Origin: Anthoceros angustus
Taxonomy: Eukaryota > Plantae > Anthocerotophyta
DNA length: 64,000 nt
Direction: 5' to 3'
Assembly: GCA_010909165.1 (NCBI GenBank)
Contig: VJWM01000016.1
Location: forward strand, 620,001-684,000
Shown: positions 37,207-48,508 of the stretch, piece by piece
Layout of the letters: each line of letters starts with the position of its first letter
How positions within the stretch are numbered: position 1 is the first letter of the stretch
Notes under the pieces: model-generated
What the model was told of the DNA's origin: nothing
Databases searched by the model: none
The model's input: only the letters and a program-made list of their open reading frames with translations
Position numbers and translations under genes: made by a program

Positions 37207-40200
37207 ATGATCATGCCAGGCTCTCGTAAGAAAGAATGCCTGAGCCGACGAACCAACAGGCTCGCCCAGGATCTAGAATCACAAAGGTTCCACAGAGAAC
37301 AAAGTTACCTAAAAGAGGCACAAGAGAATCTATGGCACTACGCCTGGATCAGGACATGCTCAATGCTCCTTGTAATCGCTGAAGAATTGCACCTCCGAGG
37401 CTTCGTCGACCCAAGCGACTACGACTGGGCATACGTAGATTTCTCCTTCCTATTCACAGATTAAGAAATACAAAACAATCCACAATGGTCAGGCACTTCA
37501 CAACCATAGTCAGTGTGCACAGCCCATTCAACCCAACAGAATTGAAAGAATCCATCATCTGCAGCCTACATAATCTCTGCAGACAGAACTGCCTCCTGAT
37601 AGTACCTGGTTCACCGGACAACCTATATGTGCTGCCCCCAGCAATCGAAATCGAGGGCATGGCCCCCTCTTCCATCAGTCTGTCAAAGGAAGATCGTTTT
37701 GACGGCCAGCAACACAACTTCGCAGTATGGAAGTTTCGCATCACCGAAATTCAAGGAACGAAACTCGGACTTTTGTGGGAGGCGTCGCAACCCTCCCGCT
37801 GCCACCCCACGACCGAGCCAACGCCACGCAGCAGAAAGAGGATTGGGAAGATCGAATCAACAAGCTAAAAACATTCTCATGCAATCCATGAGATCGTGCC
37901 ATGTCCAACAAATCGCGGGGAGGCGGGCGCAGCCGGCTGGCGGCAACTACATGACATTTATGCCTCAGACATCATGCACACTGCACACCATTAAAATTTC
38001 TTGGACTTAGAATGTCCGACCAGTGGATCAACACACCATTAATTTGTGGATGACGGTTCACAGCCCCGCCCTCAAGAGGACCTCTCTGCAGCTCTCCTCT
38101 TATCCACCTTACAGGTCTCACAGGTAAGCGTGGTGCAATCCCCGCAAGGCGTCCAACCGCTCACCCTTAACAAGGTCATCGGTAATCTTGTTGAAGAGGC
38201 TAGAAGGAAACTACACGCCTACTCATTTACGGAGAATCTTCCTCACGGGCCTTCTTCACGGGGCCGCGATCCAGGGGCGAGGTCGTGGAAATTTCGAGGC
38301 GAACAGAGGCGAGGCACTTACCCCAACAGAGGCGTGGTAATTATAATCCCTCATGGAAACTAGTATGTGGATCTTGCCAAAATCCCGCCATACCTACGAA
38401 GAATGTAGGAAGCGGTTGGCGTAGGCAACCCAAGGCACCAACAATCGGGGCAACTTGCCTCACCATGAAGAGACACTCAAGGGCTTTTCTCACACAAGTG
38501 AGTCACCTACCGGTCCAACCAGCCCTTTAGCCCTCGTAGCCTCTTGTCTCTCAGCCCATGACCAACACACAGTACATAGATTGAGCCTCCCGGATATGAC
38601 CCCACACCACGAATATTTTAGCCACGTCAATACCAAAGACACCCCACTCTTTGTCGTGCCAGGGCGACACCAAGCACCCTATCTCGAGTCACGGCACAGC
38701 CGACCTACGTCAAGCCAATTCAACCTTACAAATCTCTGGAGGTCACTGTAGCCTAACGAAGAACCTCTTCTCGATCGGAAAGTGGATCGATCCGTATATA
38801 CGCTTTGGAGGAGGCCATTGCATAATCGAGACCCCACAAGGGGACCTCCAGCCAGGGGACTGCAGGCGATGATCTCTATCACCTCAACGTTACTACCTCC
38901 CTGCGCCCACCCTCCTCCTTATCTCGCAGCAACCAACACGAGTGCATCTTATTTATGGCACGCACGCCTTGGACACATGCATACTCAGCGGATGAAGGAC
39001 ATGTTAAAACTCGAGCGCAGCGCACCACCACTCACGGGGTTGAAGACTTTGGTATATGTGATGCCTCACTAGGCAAAAGCCATCGCTCCCCATTTCCAAA
39101 AGGACCCTCGGCGAGGCGAGCGAAGACTCCAACTTGTACACACCGACTTATGTGGCCCTTTCCAACGATCACTCTTTGGATACCTTTATTTTATGCCTGT
39201 GATAGACGACTACTCTCGCTTCAGGTGCTCTACCCATCAACACAAGGCACGATCACTCACTTGCCTCCAGGACTACAAAACCTGGGCCGAAAAGCAAACT
39301 GGAGAACACCTACTTACCATTCGTACAGACGGAGGTGGTGAATTCAACTCCAACCAGTTCGCAGTGCATGCAGATCACGGGATCGGCGGGCGGTCACTAC
39401 TCCACACCTCTCGGAGCAGGGGTAGCGAGCGGATGAGCAGAACCATACAGGACTGCGGTCTATCCATGCTGATTCATGCAGGCCTTCCCAAAAGCTACTG
39501 GCCTGAAGCCATGTCTCACGCAGTGTACATTCTGAACCGGAGCCTTACCTCCTCCCTGCCCCAACTTACCCCTTTTGAAGCCTGGACAGGGTCAAAGCCC
39601 GACCTCTCGACACTCAGAATATTCGGCTCAACTGTATATGTTCATACACCCAAGGCTACCCGGACAAAGCTCGACAATCGAGCACAGAAGTACATTTTCA
39701 TCGGATTTTCCGACGGCGTGAAGGGATACAAGCTTATCCATCCACAGACCCACAGGATCACTCACTCACGAGATGTCCTGTTCATGGAAGACATGCAGCG
39801 CCCTTCTTCAGTGGGAGCATCGAACCCCCAGGTTCCCCAATCTGCACACACGGAGGACAGCGATGAGGACGACATCGACCTCTCCGGCCCCCCACCCCAC
39901 GGCACTCCTCCACCCGTCCCTCACCAACCGCTCCCTCCACCCCTGCCCGTGCAGCCTCCCCCCACACCCCTACCTGCACAATCAGCTCCGGGCGCTCGGC
40001 CACAATCAGACATCCTCTTTGGGGACTTCGACATTCCAGAATTGGCAGTCCCAGGCTCACCTGCATCAACGCCCTCGGACTCCAGCAGGCGCCATCGCCT
40101 CGGGCGGCGGGGACAGCGAGCTCGGCAGCGGCCCACAGGGCGAGGCTCGCATCACGGCCTCGCGCGCGCTCCCACGCGCCGCAGCATGACCCGCGCGCCG

Positions 40201-43130
40201 CCCGGCCCCTCGCAGCTCCATGGCGGCAGTGCACCCGCCGCCTCCCGGCGCCGCGACACCTTCCAGCCCCCACGCCTCGGGCGCTCACCACGCCTGGATC
40301 GAGCCGCCACCATGGCGCACTCAGGCGCCAAGACAGCGCATCGCGACCGGCCTCTCGATCCTCCACCAGAACTCGCCTCCTCGGCTCTCCTTCTCGACCC
40401 GACACGGTTCTTCACCGTATAATACTTCAAGCAATTTTATTATCCGGCACTCCAAAGGCAAGTAGAAATATTTATGGCGCTTATCCTATTTCGGATATTC
40501 CAAATATACGATAATGCGGATCGACCTCGACACTCAGTATCTACCAACTCATATGTTCATACACCCAAGGCTAGGGCTCGACAATCGAGCATGTACATTT
40601 TCATCGGATTTTCCGGCGGCGTGAAGGATACAAGCTTATCCATCCACGGACCCACGGATCACTCACTCACGAGATGTCCTGCTCATGGAAGACATGCGGC
40701 GCCCTTCTTGATGGGAGCATCGAACCCCGGTTCCCAATGCACACACGGAGGGCTGATGAGGACGACATCGACCTCTCCCCCCACCCCACGGCACTCCTCC
40801 ACCCGTCCCTCACCAACCGCTCCCTCCACCCCTGCGGCCTCCCCCACACCCCCACCCCTACACTCCTCGGGCGCTCGCCACAATCGACATCCTCTTTGGG
40901 GACTTGACATTCAGGCGGCCCCAGGCTCACCTGCATCAACGCCCTCGGACTCCAGCAGGCGCCATCGCCTCGAGCGACGGGCGGGGACCAGGCGACAGCG
41001 GCCCACAGGGCGAGGCTCGCATCGGCGCCTCCGGGCGCGCTCCCACGCGCCAACGGCCGCATGAGGCGGACCCATGGCCGCCGGCCTCCGACGCAGCTCC
41101 ATGGCAGCAGGTGCACCCGCGCCCTCGGCGCGACACCTTGGCAGCCCCCACGCCTCGGGATCGAGCCGCCACCATGGCCGCCGCCTCAGGATCAGGCCGC
41201 CACCATGGCCGCACTCCAGGCGCCAGCACCAGCGCGCATCGCGACCAGGCGCCTCTCTACGATCCTCCACCAGCAACTCGCTTCCTCGGCTCTCCTTCTC
41301 GACCCGACACGGGTTCTTCACCGTATAATACTTCAAACGAATTTCGGCATTATCCCGGCACTCCAAAGGCAAGTAGAAATATTTATGACGCTTATCCTAT
41401 TTCGGATATTCCAAATATACCAGATAATGCCGGATCTGAAGACCTCGACTTCGATGACACCATGGACGATATGCCACAACAACCTGATAGCACTAACGAC
41501 ACTAGGGGAAGACGCTCTCAGCGCACCAATGCTGGTAAAATACGGAGGTACTCCCCTACTAACTGGAGAGACCCTAAAAACACTTTAGCTTATTGCCTTA
41601 CCGCAGCTATAGATCAGTTTGTTCCAGCTACCTATCAGGATGCCATCACTTGCCCAGAAAAGGAGAACTGGAAGAAGGCCATCAGGTCAGAATTAGATTA
41701 ATTAAGAGCTAATAAAACTTGGAAACTAACCACATTACCTAAGGGTAGGAAGTTAGTTGGCTCTAAGTGGAACTTTAAGATTAAACTAAACGCAGATGGC
41801 AGCATAGAGAGATACAAAGCCAGATTAGTCGCCAAAGGGTACTCAGAAAACACGGTTCCTACGAGACTTTTAGCCCGGTACTCAAAATTACCTCCTTAAG
41901 GATCCTAATGGCCTTAGCTGCTCACCATGATTATGAGTTGATGCAGCTAGATATTAAAACAGCATTTCTCTACGGCGATCTCAAACACAAGATCTTCATG
42001 GAAATGAAGGTATACAAGTTAATAACAATGAGTTTAATGCCTGTGAATTATTAAAGGCACTTTACGGACTCAGACAAAGTGCTCTTGAATGGTATGACAA
42101 ATTAGACACTACCCTTCAGGACCTAGGCTTCACCAGGTTAAGCTCAGATAGTAATATCTATATCAATAGGCAAAATGGTCACTTCATTGTTCTAGGAGTC
42201 TACGTCGACGACATCGTCCTAATGTCTAACTCAAAGCAAGTCCTAGAAAACACTCGCAAGATGCTCGCTGAGCGGTTCTCAATGACCACATGCCGTGAGC
42301 TTTCCTTTTGTCTAGGGATTCAAATTGTTAGAGATAGAAAGGCTAGAAGTCTATTTATTCATCAATCTAAATATATACAAGAGATTTTAGTTAAGTACAA
42401 AATGATAGATTCTAAGCCTATAGCCACTCCTATGGAGACTAACCAAAAGCTAGCGAGGATGATGATGATGATCAACATGAGGCAAAATGACTACGGCAGG
42501 CGGTGCCCTACTCTTCCGCTCTCGGGCGTGATGTATTTGATGGTCCGCACTGCACGGACCTTGCATTTTCGGTGGGAGCTTTATCTAAGTTCTTATCCGC
42601 TCCTACTCAAGCTCATTGGAAGGCACTAAAGAGGATCTTTAGGTACTTAAGAGCAACCTCAGATACGGGACTGCTCTACCACTCTCAGATCCAAGAGGAC
42701 CAACATCTACAACTCGAGGCGTTGACGGCCTTGGTGGGCAACAGAGACAACAGAAAGAGCATAAGCAGCTATGTTTTCTTACTTGGCGGAACGCAACAAG
42801 CTGGAGCAAGCGACAACAAGCAGTTGCACTCGGCTCCAGGCCGTATTGCTCTTTAACCCACGCGTGCAAGGAAGGACTTTGGCGCTTTATGAGCTAGCCG
42901 AACTAGGAGAAATTCAACAAATACCAAGACCTTGCATGCGACAACCAGGTGCCATCTCGCTAACATACTCCAAGTTCCATGCTCGAACTAAGCATGTGGA
43001 GGTACAATTTCACTTTATAAGACAAGTAGTTAGCGATGGCAAATTCTCCGTGCTTCTTGCCAAAGCGGATGAGACGTGCTCACCAAGGCACTCAGCAAAG
43101 TGAAACACCAGGAACACTCCTTTAACATGG
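37207..43130 (+). pseudogene. Copia gag-pol, frameshifted in this sequence
   Basis: DRFDGQQHNFAVWKFR (gag); degenerate CCHC near 38365; LWHARLGH; IRTDGGGEF and YWPEAM...YILNR (integrase); RYKARLVAKG, LYGLRQ and YVDD (RT); KHVEVQFHFIR (RNase H). Confidence 0.92.
39650..41420. repeat. ~0.9-kb tandem duplication of the integrase C-terminus and linker (39650-40520 / 40540-41420)
   Basis: Matching blocks with indel differences. Confidence 0.85.
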
Positions 43131-43181
43131 GGCTAAGAAGCACATATATTCAATAGCTATAGCACCTAAGAGCTAGACGCT

Positions 43182-43190
43182 AAGTGGGAG
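43182..43190 (+). promoter_or_regulatory. Polypurine tract AAGTGGGAG
   Basis: Immediately 5' of the 3' LTR. Confidence 0.85.
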
Positions 43191-43391
43191 TGTTAACGCA
43201 TATAGCATACTAGCCCTTAGGGCACGCTTGAATATTAAGTTAAGTAGGCGAACGGGCATACCTAGTATGAACCGACACGGACGATTACGAGATAGAAACG
43301 CTTGGGCAAAGCCCATAATGTAACGCACATTTGCTCAAGCTTAATGCAATCCACGATGCAGCAATCTCATGATTGTCTCCATCCATATTCA
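43191..43391 (+). repeat. 3' LTR
   Basis: Matches the 5' LTR apart from a few substitutions and indels. Confidence 0.92.
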
Positions 43392-43521
43392 CGTAAACTT
43401 GACATCCCATGCAAGTGATGAGCAAAGTGCGAGTTAGCGAATGGGAGAAACTGTGTCGCCCGGATCGGGGAGCTCCCCGCAGCGTAATGCTGGCGGCCAT
43501 GCAATATCATTCTTGTGACCT

Positions 43522-44160
43522 GCTAAGCCTTCAATCGTTTGATACCGTGACTTCGATTGCTGCGCTCTGCTAAGCCTTCAATCCTATGATAGCGTGACTT
43601 GGAATGCTGCACTCTGCTAAGCCTTCCTTCAATTGGATTGCTGCGCTCGGCTAAGCCTTCCTTCAACTGGATTGCTGCGCTCGACTAAGCCTTCCTTGAG
43701 TTGGATTGCTGCGCTCGGCTAAGCCTTCCTTGAGTTGGATTGCTGCGCTCGGCTAAGCCTTCCTTCAATTGGATTGCTGCGCTCGGCTAAGCCTTCCTTC
43801 AATTGGATTGCCGCGCTCGGCTAAGCCTTCCTTCAGTTGGATTGCCGCGCTCGGCTAAGCCTTTCTTCAATTGGATTGCTGCGCTCGGCTAAGCCTTCCT
43901 TCAACTGGATTGCTGCGCTTGACTAAGCCTTTCTTGAGTTGGATTGCTGCGCTCGGCTAAGCCTTCCTTCAATTGGATTGCTGCGCTCGGCCAAGCCTTC
44001 CTTCAATTGGATTGCTGCGCTCAGCCAAGCCTTCCTTCAATTGGATTGCTGCGCTCGGCCAAGTCTTCCTTCAATTGGATTGCTGCGCTCGGCCAAGCCT
44101 TCCTTCAATTGGATTGTTGCGCTCGGCTAAGCCCTCAATCGTGTGATAACGTGACTCATG
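43522..44160. repeat. Minisatellite: 15 x 34-bp GCTAAGCCTTCCTTCAATTGGATTGCTGCGCTCG (43616-44125), flanked by ~47-bp variant units
   Basis: Units counted at an exact 34-bp period. Confidence 0.95.
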
Positions 44161-44294
44161 GCGCAGCAAGCTCATTATGCTCAGGGGGTGTGAGGCACGA
44201 TAGTCTGGCGAATAATCCCATGCTGCCGATAATGATTGCCAAAGGCAGTAGAATCCAACTCCCCGCCGTCGCTCCGGAGAATCTTTAACTTGCT

Positions 44295-45370
44295 GCCGAA
44301 TTGGGTTTCCACCCCAGATTGCTAAGAAAAGTGGAAAAGGTGTCGGACAAGAAATATATCCAACCAAAGCTATCATCAATGAAGCTAACTTGATATAGGG
44401 AGCCCTAAAAGAGAGGGGCCTTGCATAGGGCCAAGCATATATGTGTGGACTAGACCAAGGGGTTAGGGCTTCTATGTGAGCTGACGAGGAACTTCTTATG
44501 CTATCGCTTGTCAATGGCACAGTTATGACAGAAAGAGAGGTCCGAGATAAATTTCAGAGGAAGGCCCTAGACATAACTATCTTGCAATAAGGCTTTCATC
44601 CTTTGCAATCCTGCATGACCTAACCTAAGGTGCCATAAGTCCGCTAATGGAGAAGACACAACGGCTACATGGCTTGGAAGGAGCGGGGTATCTACCTTGT
44701 CACAATGGTCTCGGTGACACATGCACTTGTTCGTGGCGACCAAGTTTCAGTGGCGGATGTGGTGGTTACCGATCCTACACGTGACACCATCTCCGGTCAT
44801 CAACTGAGGCTCTTGCCGAATTGGGTTTCCACCCCCAGTTGCTAAGAAAAGTGGAAAAGGTGCTCGACAAGAAATATATCCAACCAAAGCTATCATCAAT
44901 GAAGCTAACTTGATATAGGGAGCCCTAAAGAGAGGGGCCACATTGCATAGGGCCAAGCATATGTGTGGACTAGACCAAGGGTTAGGGCTTCTATGTGAGC
45001 TCGATTTAGGAACTTCTTATGCTATCGCTTGTCAATGGCACAGTTATGACAGAAAGAGAGGTCCGAGATAAATTTCAGAGGAAGGCCCTAGACATAACTA
45101 TCTTGCAATAAGGCTTTCATCCTTTGCAATCCTGCATGACCTAACCTAAGGTGCCATAAGTCCGCTAATGGAGAAGACACAACGGCTACATGGCTTGGAA
45201 GGAGCGGGGTGACTTGGAAGGAGCGGGTATACCGTCCGCACAGTCGTCTGGTCGTGTAGCCAGGGACCAGCATCTTCATGTTACCTTGTTAAATGAGCCA
45301 AGTTTCAGTATGCGGCGGATGTGGTGGTTACCGATCCTACACGTGACACCATCTCCGCCTGTGTCATCAC
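44295..45370 (-). pseudogene. Degenerate copia GAG-pre-integrase/integrase fragment, in two tandem ~0.5-kb copies
   Basis: LADLWHLRLGHAG followed by FCHNC on the minus strand, in both copies. Confidence 0.75.
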
Positions 45371-46340
45371 CTGGTCGTCAACGGTAGCCGAGCACCGGCT
45401 CTCAAGGTCCGCAAATATAGGAGGATGCAAGCGGCCACCTCTTTATTCACTTGCACTAGAACGTATGGGGCAATGGTGAGGACTTTGACAAATTTGTCAA
45501 GTCCTGTGCGCTTACCATCTTGTATGCAGAACCTGGTCTTGAAATTTGTCCCCTCTCGTACTTGACATACTTGACAACGGGTTTCAATTACCCTTCAACA
45601 GGTGCTCTAAATGGCAATCCTCCACAACGCGGCGATAGTAGGTGACGCATCTTCCTCTACCTCCGTGGTGTGCAGGCCATTTATTCTTCCTGCATATGAC
45701 ATTGTGGGAGCAGTAGGTGACTTTAGGTAGGGTGCTTAGTTGCTCCTCTCCACCTCGACCCCCTGGTCGGCTTTGGTTGTCCCCTCCTGGATGGGCTCTT
45801 CCCATCATTTTTTCACCTCAATAAAAACTTTTTCATTATATTATACATTATATAATATTTATATAATATGTAAATATTTTACTCTCAAGACTCTCTAAGA
45901 CTTGGAAGGCTGTCGAGACCCTCAAGACTCTTGGGTAAAGAAACAACCCATGTCATTCAAAAGGTGTGAAAGGTTTTGAATAACACGGAACGGGTAGACA
46001 GTGTAGGTCAAGTTGTCGTGGCTTCTACGAGACTAGGATTGAAAATAGATAATTGATGCTACAAAATAAAATCTGTGCTGGTTTGTCGTTTGTCCGGGCG
46101 CGAGTCCAGGCTCTGGTTCCGTGGAAGGGGGATGACGAGTTGTCAACGACAATGGCGACAGGCGACAAGAGGGGCGAGAGCAGAACGGAACGGGAATAGT
46201 ATGTTTGCTTCCGTGGAAGGGATAAAGTTGTCAACGACATATAAGCGACAAGAGGAGCGGGGTGCGGAACGGAACGGGAAAATGTGAGTGCTGACGGCAT
46301 AACCGGCCGGGCCGGCTGACGCGGATCCGCCCTCGCGACT

Positions 46341-46438
46341 ACTTGCCTGCCTGCCTGCTTGCCTGCCTACCTGCATGCTTGTCTGCCTGCCTGCCTCCCT
46401 GTCTGCCTGCCTGGCTGTCTGCCCTGCTTGCCTGGCTT
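46341..46438. repeat. Imperfect (GCCT)n microsatellite
   Basis: Read directly. Confidence 0.9.
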
Positions 46439-46651
46439 CGCGCGGTTATGACATCAACTACCCCGCTCCTGCGGGAATGCCGAAAGCCAAGGGCGCGACG
46501 AGAAAAAAAAGGGCAATCCCTGCTCCACGCGCTACTCGCCATCACCGCCAGAGCCTTCGATGCTGTATGGAGAATGTTGGAAATTCGTTCGTGCGTCCAT
46601 CAATGGAAATAGCTGCGGCAGAAATTTCTACAAATTTGTGCTGACGTTCAG

Positions 46652-48508
46652 GAATTCGCAAGCAAGGCCGAAGGCGAGGGCCAGGGCCAGGGCCAGGGTG
46701 AAGGCGAGGGCGAGGGCGAAGGCGAAGGCGAAAGCGAAAGCGAAGGCGAAGGCGAAGGCTTGCAAATGGAGAGCACTCGATCCTGTGTGCGCTAGGCCGG
46801 ACATTGGTAGCGGCGCTAGTGCTGGGGCAGGCTAGGCCGGGGCCAGGAAATGGATCAGGTGATGAGAAAGCATCAGGGCAGTATTGTGAGGCTCAAATCG
46901 TTGAAGCCCAAACCCGATAACAATTTCAACCACCAGCGCAAGAAGACGTTTCTGTTCCAGGAGGAGCCGTTCGACCAGCGCTTCCACACCCCATACTTCG
47001 GCAGGAAGGCAACGTCGGTCACTGAATTCTACCAGGGAAAGCCTCCTCCCCACTCCTACAGCCCCGAACTGATCCATGCGCCCGTGCCCTGCTTCAACAG
47101 GAAGGCCAGCTCCGTCACCGACTTCTTCGAGAACTTCGGCAGGCCCCAGAAGAAGGGCACTTTGCCGGGCGGCTGGTTCGGCAGAACTGCCACGGATGTG
47201 AGTGAGCAGCAGCGCATCATCCCTTGCCCCCACTACGGCAGGAACACGGATGGTCCTACTCCGTATTTTGGGAGGCTGGCCACGTTTGTGACGGATCCGA
47301 TGAGGTATCCCGGGGACCCCACTTGGAGGTCCATTCTGCACCACTGGGCGGAGGATAAGCGGAATCCCAAGTACCCTGGGTCGGCGGACGAGTACGCTGT
47401 GAATCCCAACCACGTCAGTCCCAGGGATCTGGTGGCAGCTGCTGCCAAGAAGCGGAGCCAGATGGTTGTGGGGAAGGCCTGGATGAGCAGCCTGGACCGG
47501 GACAGGATGGTTAAGGCCCGCGGTGGCGGGAACGGTCCTGGTGTGGGCACTCCGCCCACCCCTCCCTATGCGGTGCAAACCAAGACTGCTGCTGCGCATG
47601 CGGCTGCCAAGTCTGCCAGCTCTGATGCTAGGTCGGATGACAAGCTTGCCGAGAATGGGAGTCAGAAGTCTCATGGCAATGGAAGCCTCAAGGTTGGTGC
47701 GGAGAATAATGGCAGTCACAGGTCGCACGGCAATGGGAGCCACAAGGCGGGTGAGAACGCGGGGGGCAAGCCAGAAGAATGTCACGAGAATGGGAGCGCT
47801 AGCCAGAAGGCTGACAGCCTGGCCAAGTCTGGAGGTAGTCACAGATCGGAGCCCAAGCTTGCAGGCCTAGGGAGCCACAAGTCTGACGGGAAATGCAACG
47901 ATGGGCGTAACTGTCCGCCCAGCTTGCCTCCGTCCGGAGCTTCCTGTGCAAGCGAGGGCGCGGGCAGTGGCGATGCAGCAGGCTGCAGGTCTCCCAGGTC
48001 TGAGCTGCTGTCTCCAAGATCCGACAAGAGCGACCGATCTGGAGCCAGTCGCCCAGGTTCGCCAAAATCTGTGTTAAGCAGCAAGAGCTATGCCAGTTCT
48101 GGGTCAGGAACGTCGTCGCATTCAGGGCACACTTCTTCAAAGCAAACATCCTCTAAACCTAGTGGCCAGCATAAGCATCAGGGGGAGCTGCGTGGCAGTA
48201 ATAGTAGTAGTTCGAGCAGCACGGAAACAGGTGATAGCAAGAGCAAGAGCAAGAGCAAGAACAGCAAGAGCAGCAAGAGCAAGAGCAAGGGCAGCGGCAG
48301 CGGCAGGCAGATGCCATCGGATCCGGAGCTTATGACCTGCGACGAGCTGCATGACTACAACCCGGATATGTGCGCCACCTTCAGCGCATGGGGAGGTAGG
48401 TTCAAGGACAAGGAGAGGAACCAGCCCTGGCCAGTGCCATATGAGCACCCTCATGAGAGACACACGCATCGGAAGACGTCCATTACTAGGGCACCCATCG
48501 TGAATTAG
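46652..48508 (+). CDS. Unknown protein with FGRxATxVT repeats and a Ser/Gly/Lys-rich C-terminus; exon 46652-46786 ((EG)n tract), 60-nt intron, then exon 46847-48508
   Basis: Clean 552-codon ORF from 46850. The in-frame upstream exon follows CTGAC...CAG and has a GTGCGC donor; the hexamer tract varies mostly at third codon positions in the EG frame. The true start is probably further upstream. Confidence 0.75.

Larger units (their letters stand above)
36931..43391 (+). mobile_element. Full-length Ty1/copia LTR retrotransposon (~6.5 kb including a ~0.9-kb internal duplication)
   Basis: Two ~205-bp TG...CA LTRs, PBS, PPT, and gag-PR-INT-RT-RNaseH domain order. Confidence 0.95.

Noticed and set aside
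43616-44125. 34-bp repeat array as CRISPR
   Set aside because: Units are contiguous with no unique spacers, no cas genes are present, and the context is eukaryotic.
44295-45370. Two ~0.5-kb direct repeats starting with TG as an LTR pair
   Set aside because: They are adjacent and encode GAG-pre-integrase/integrase sequence on the minus strand.
45454-45470. CACTAG as the terminus of another CACTA element
   Set aside because: No matching inverted end or TSD was found.
46560-46835. (AR/AK)n ORF
   Set aside because: Alternative frame of the hexamer tract; the (EG)n frame is in phase with the main ORF and follows a splice acceptor.
46832-47842. 336-aa minus-strand ORF
   Set aside because: Antisense shadow of the 552-aa plus-strand ORF.
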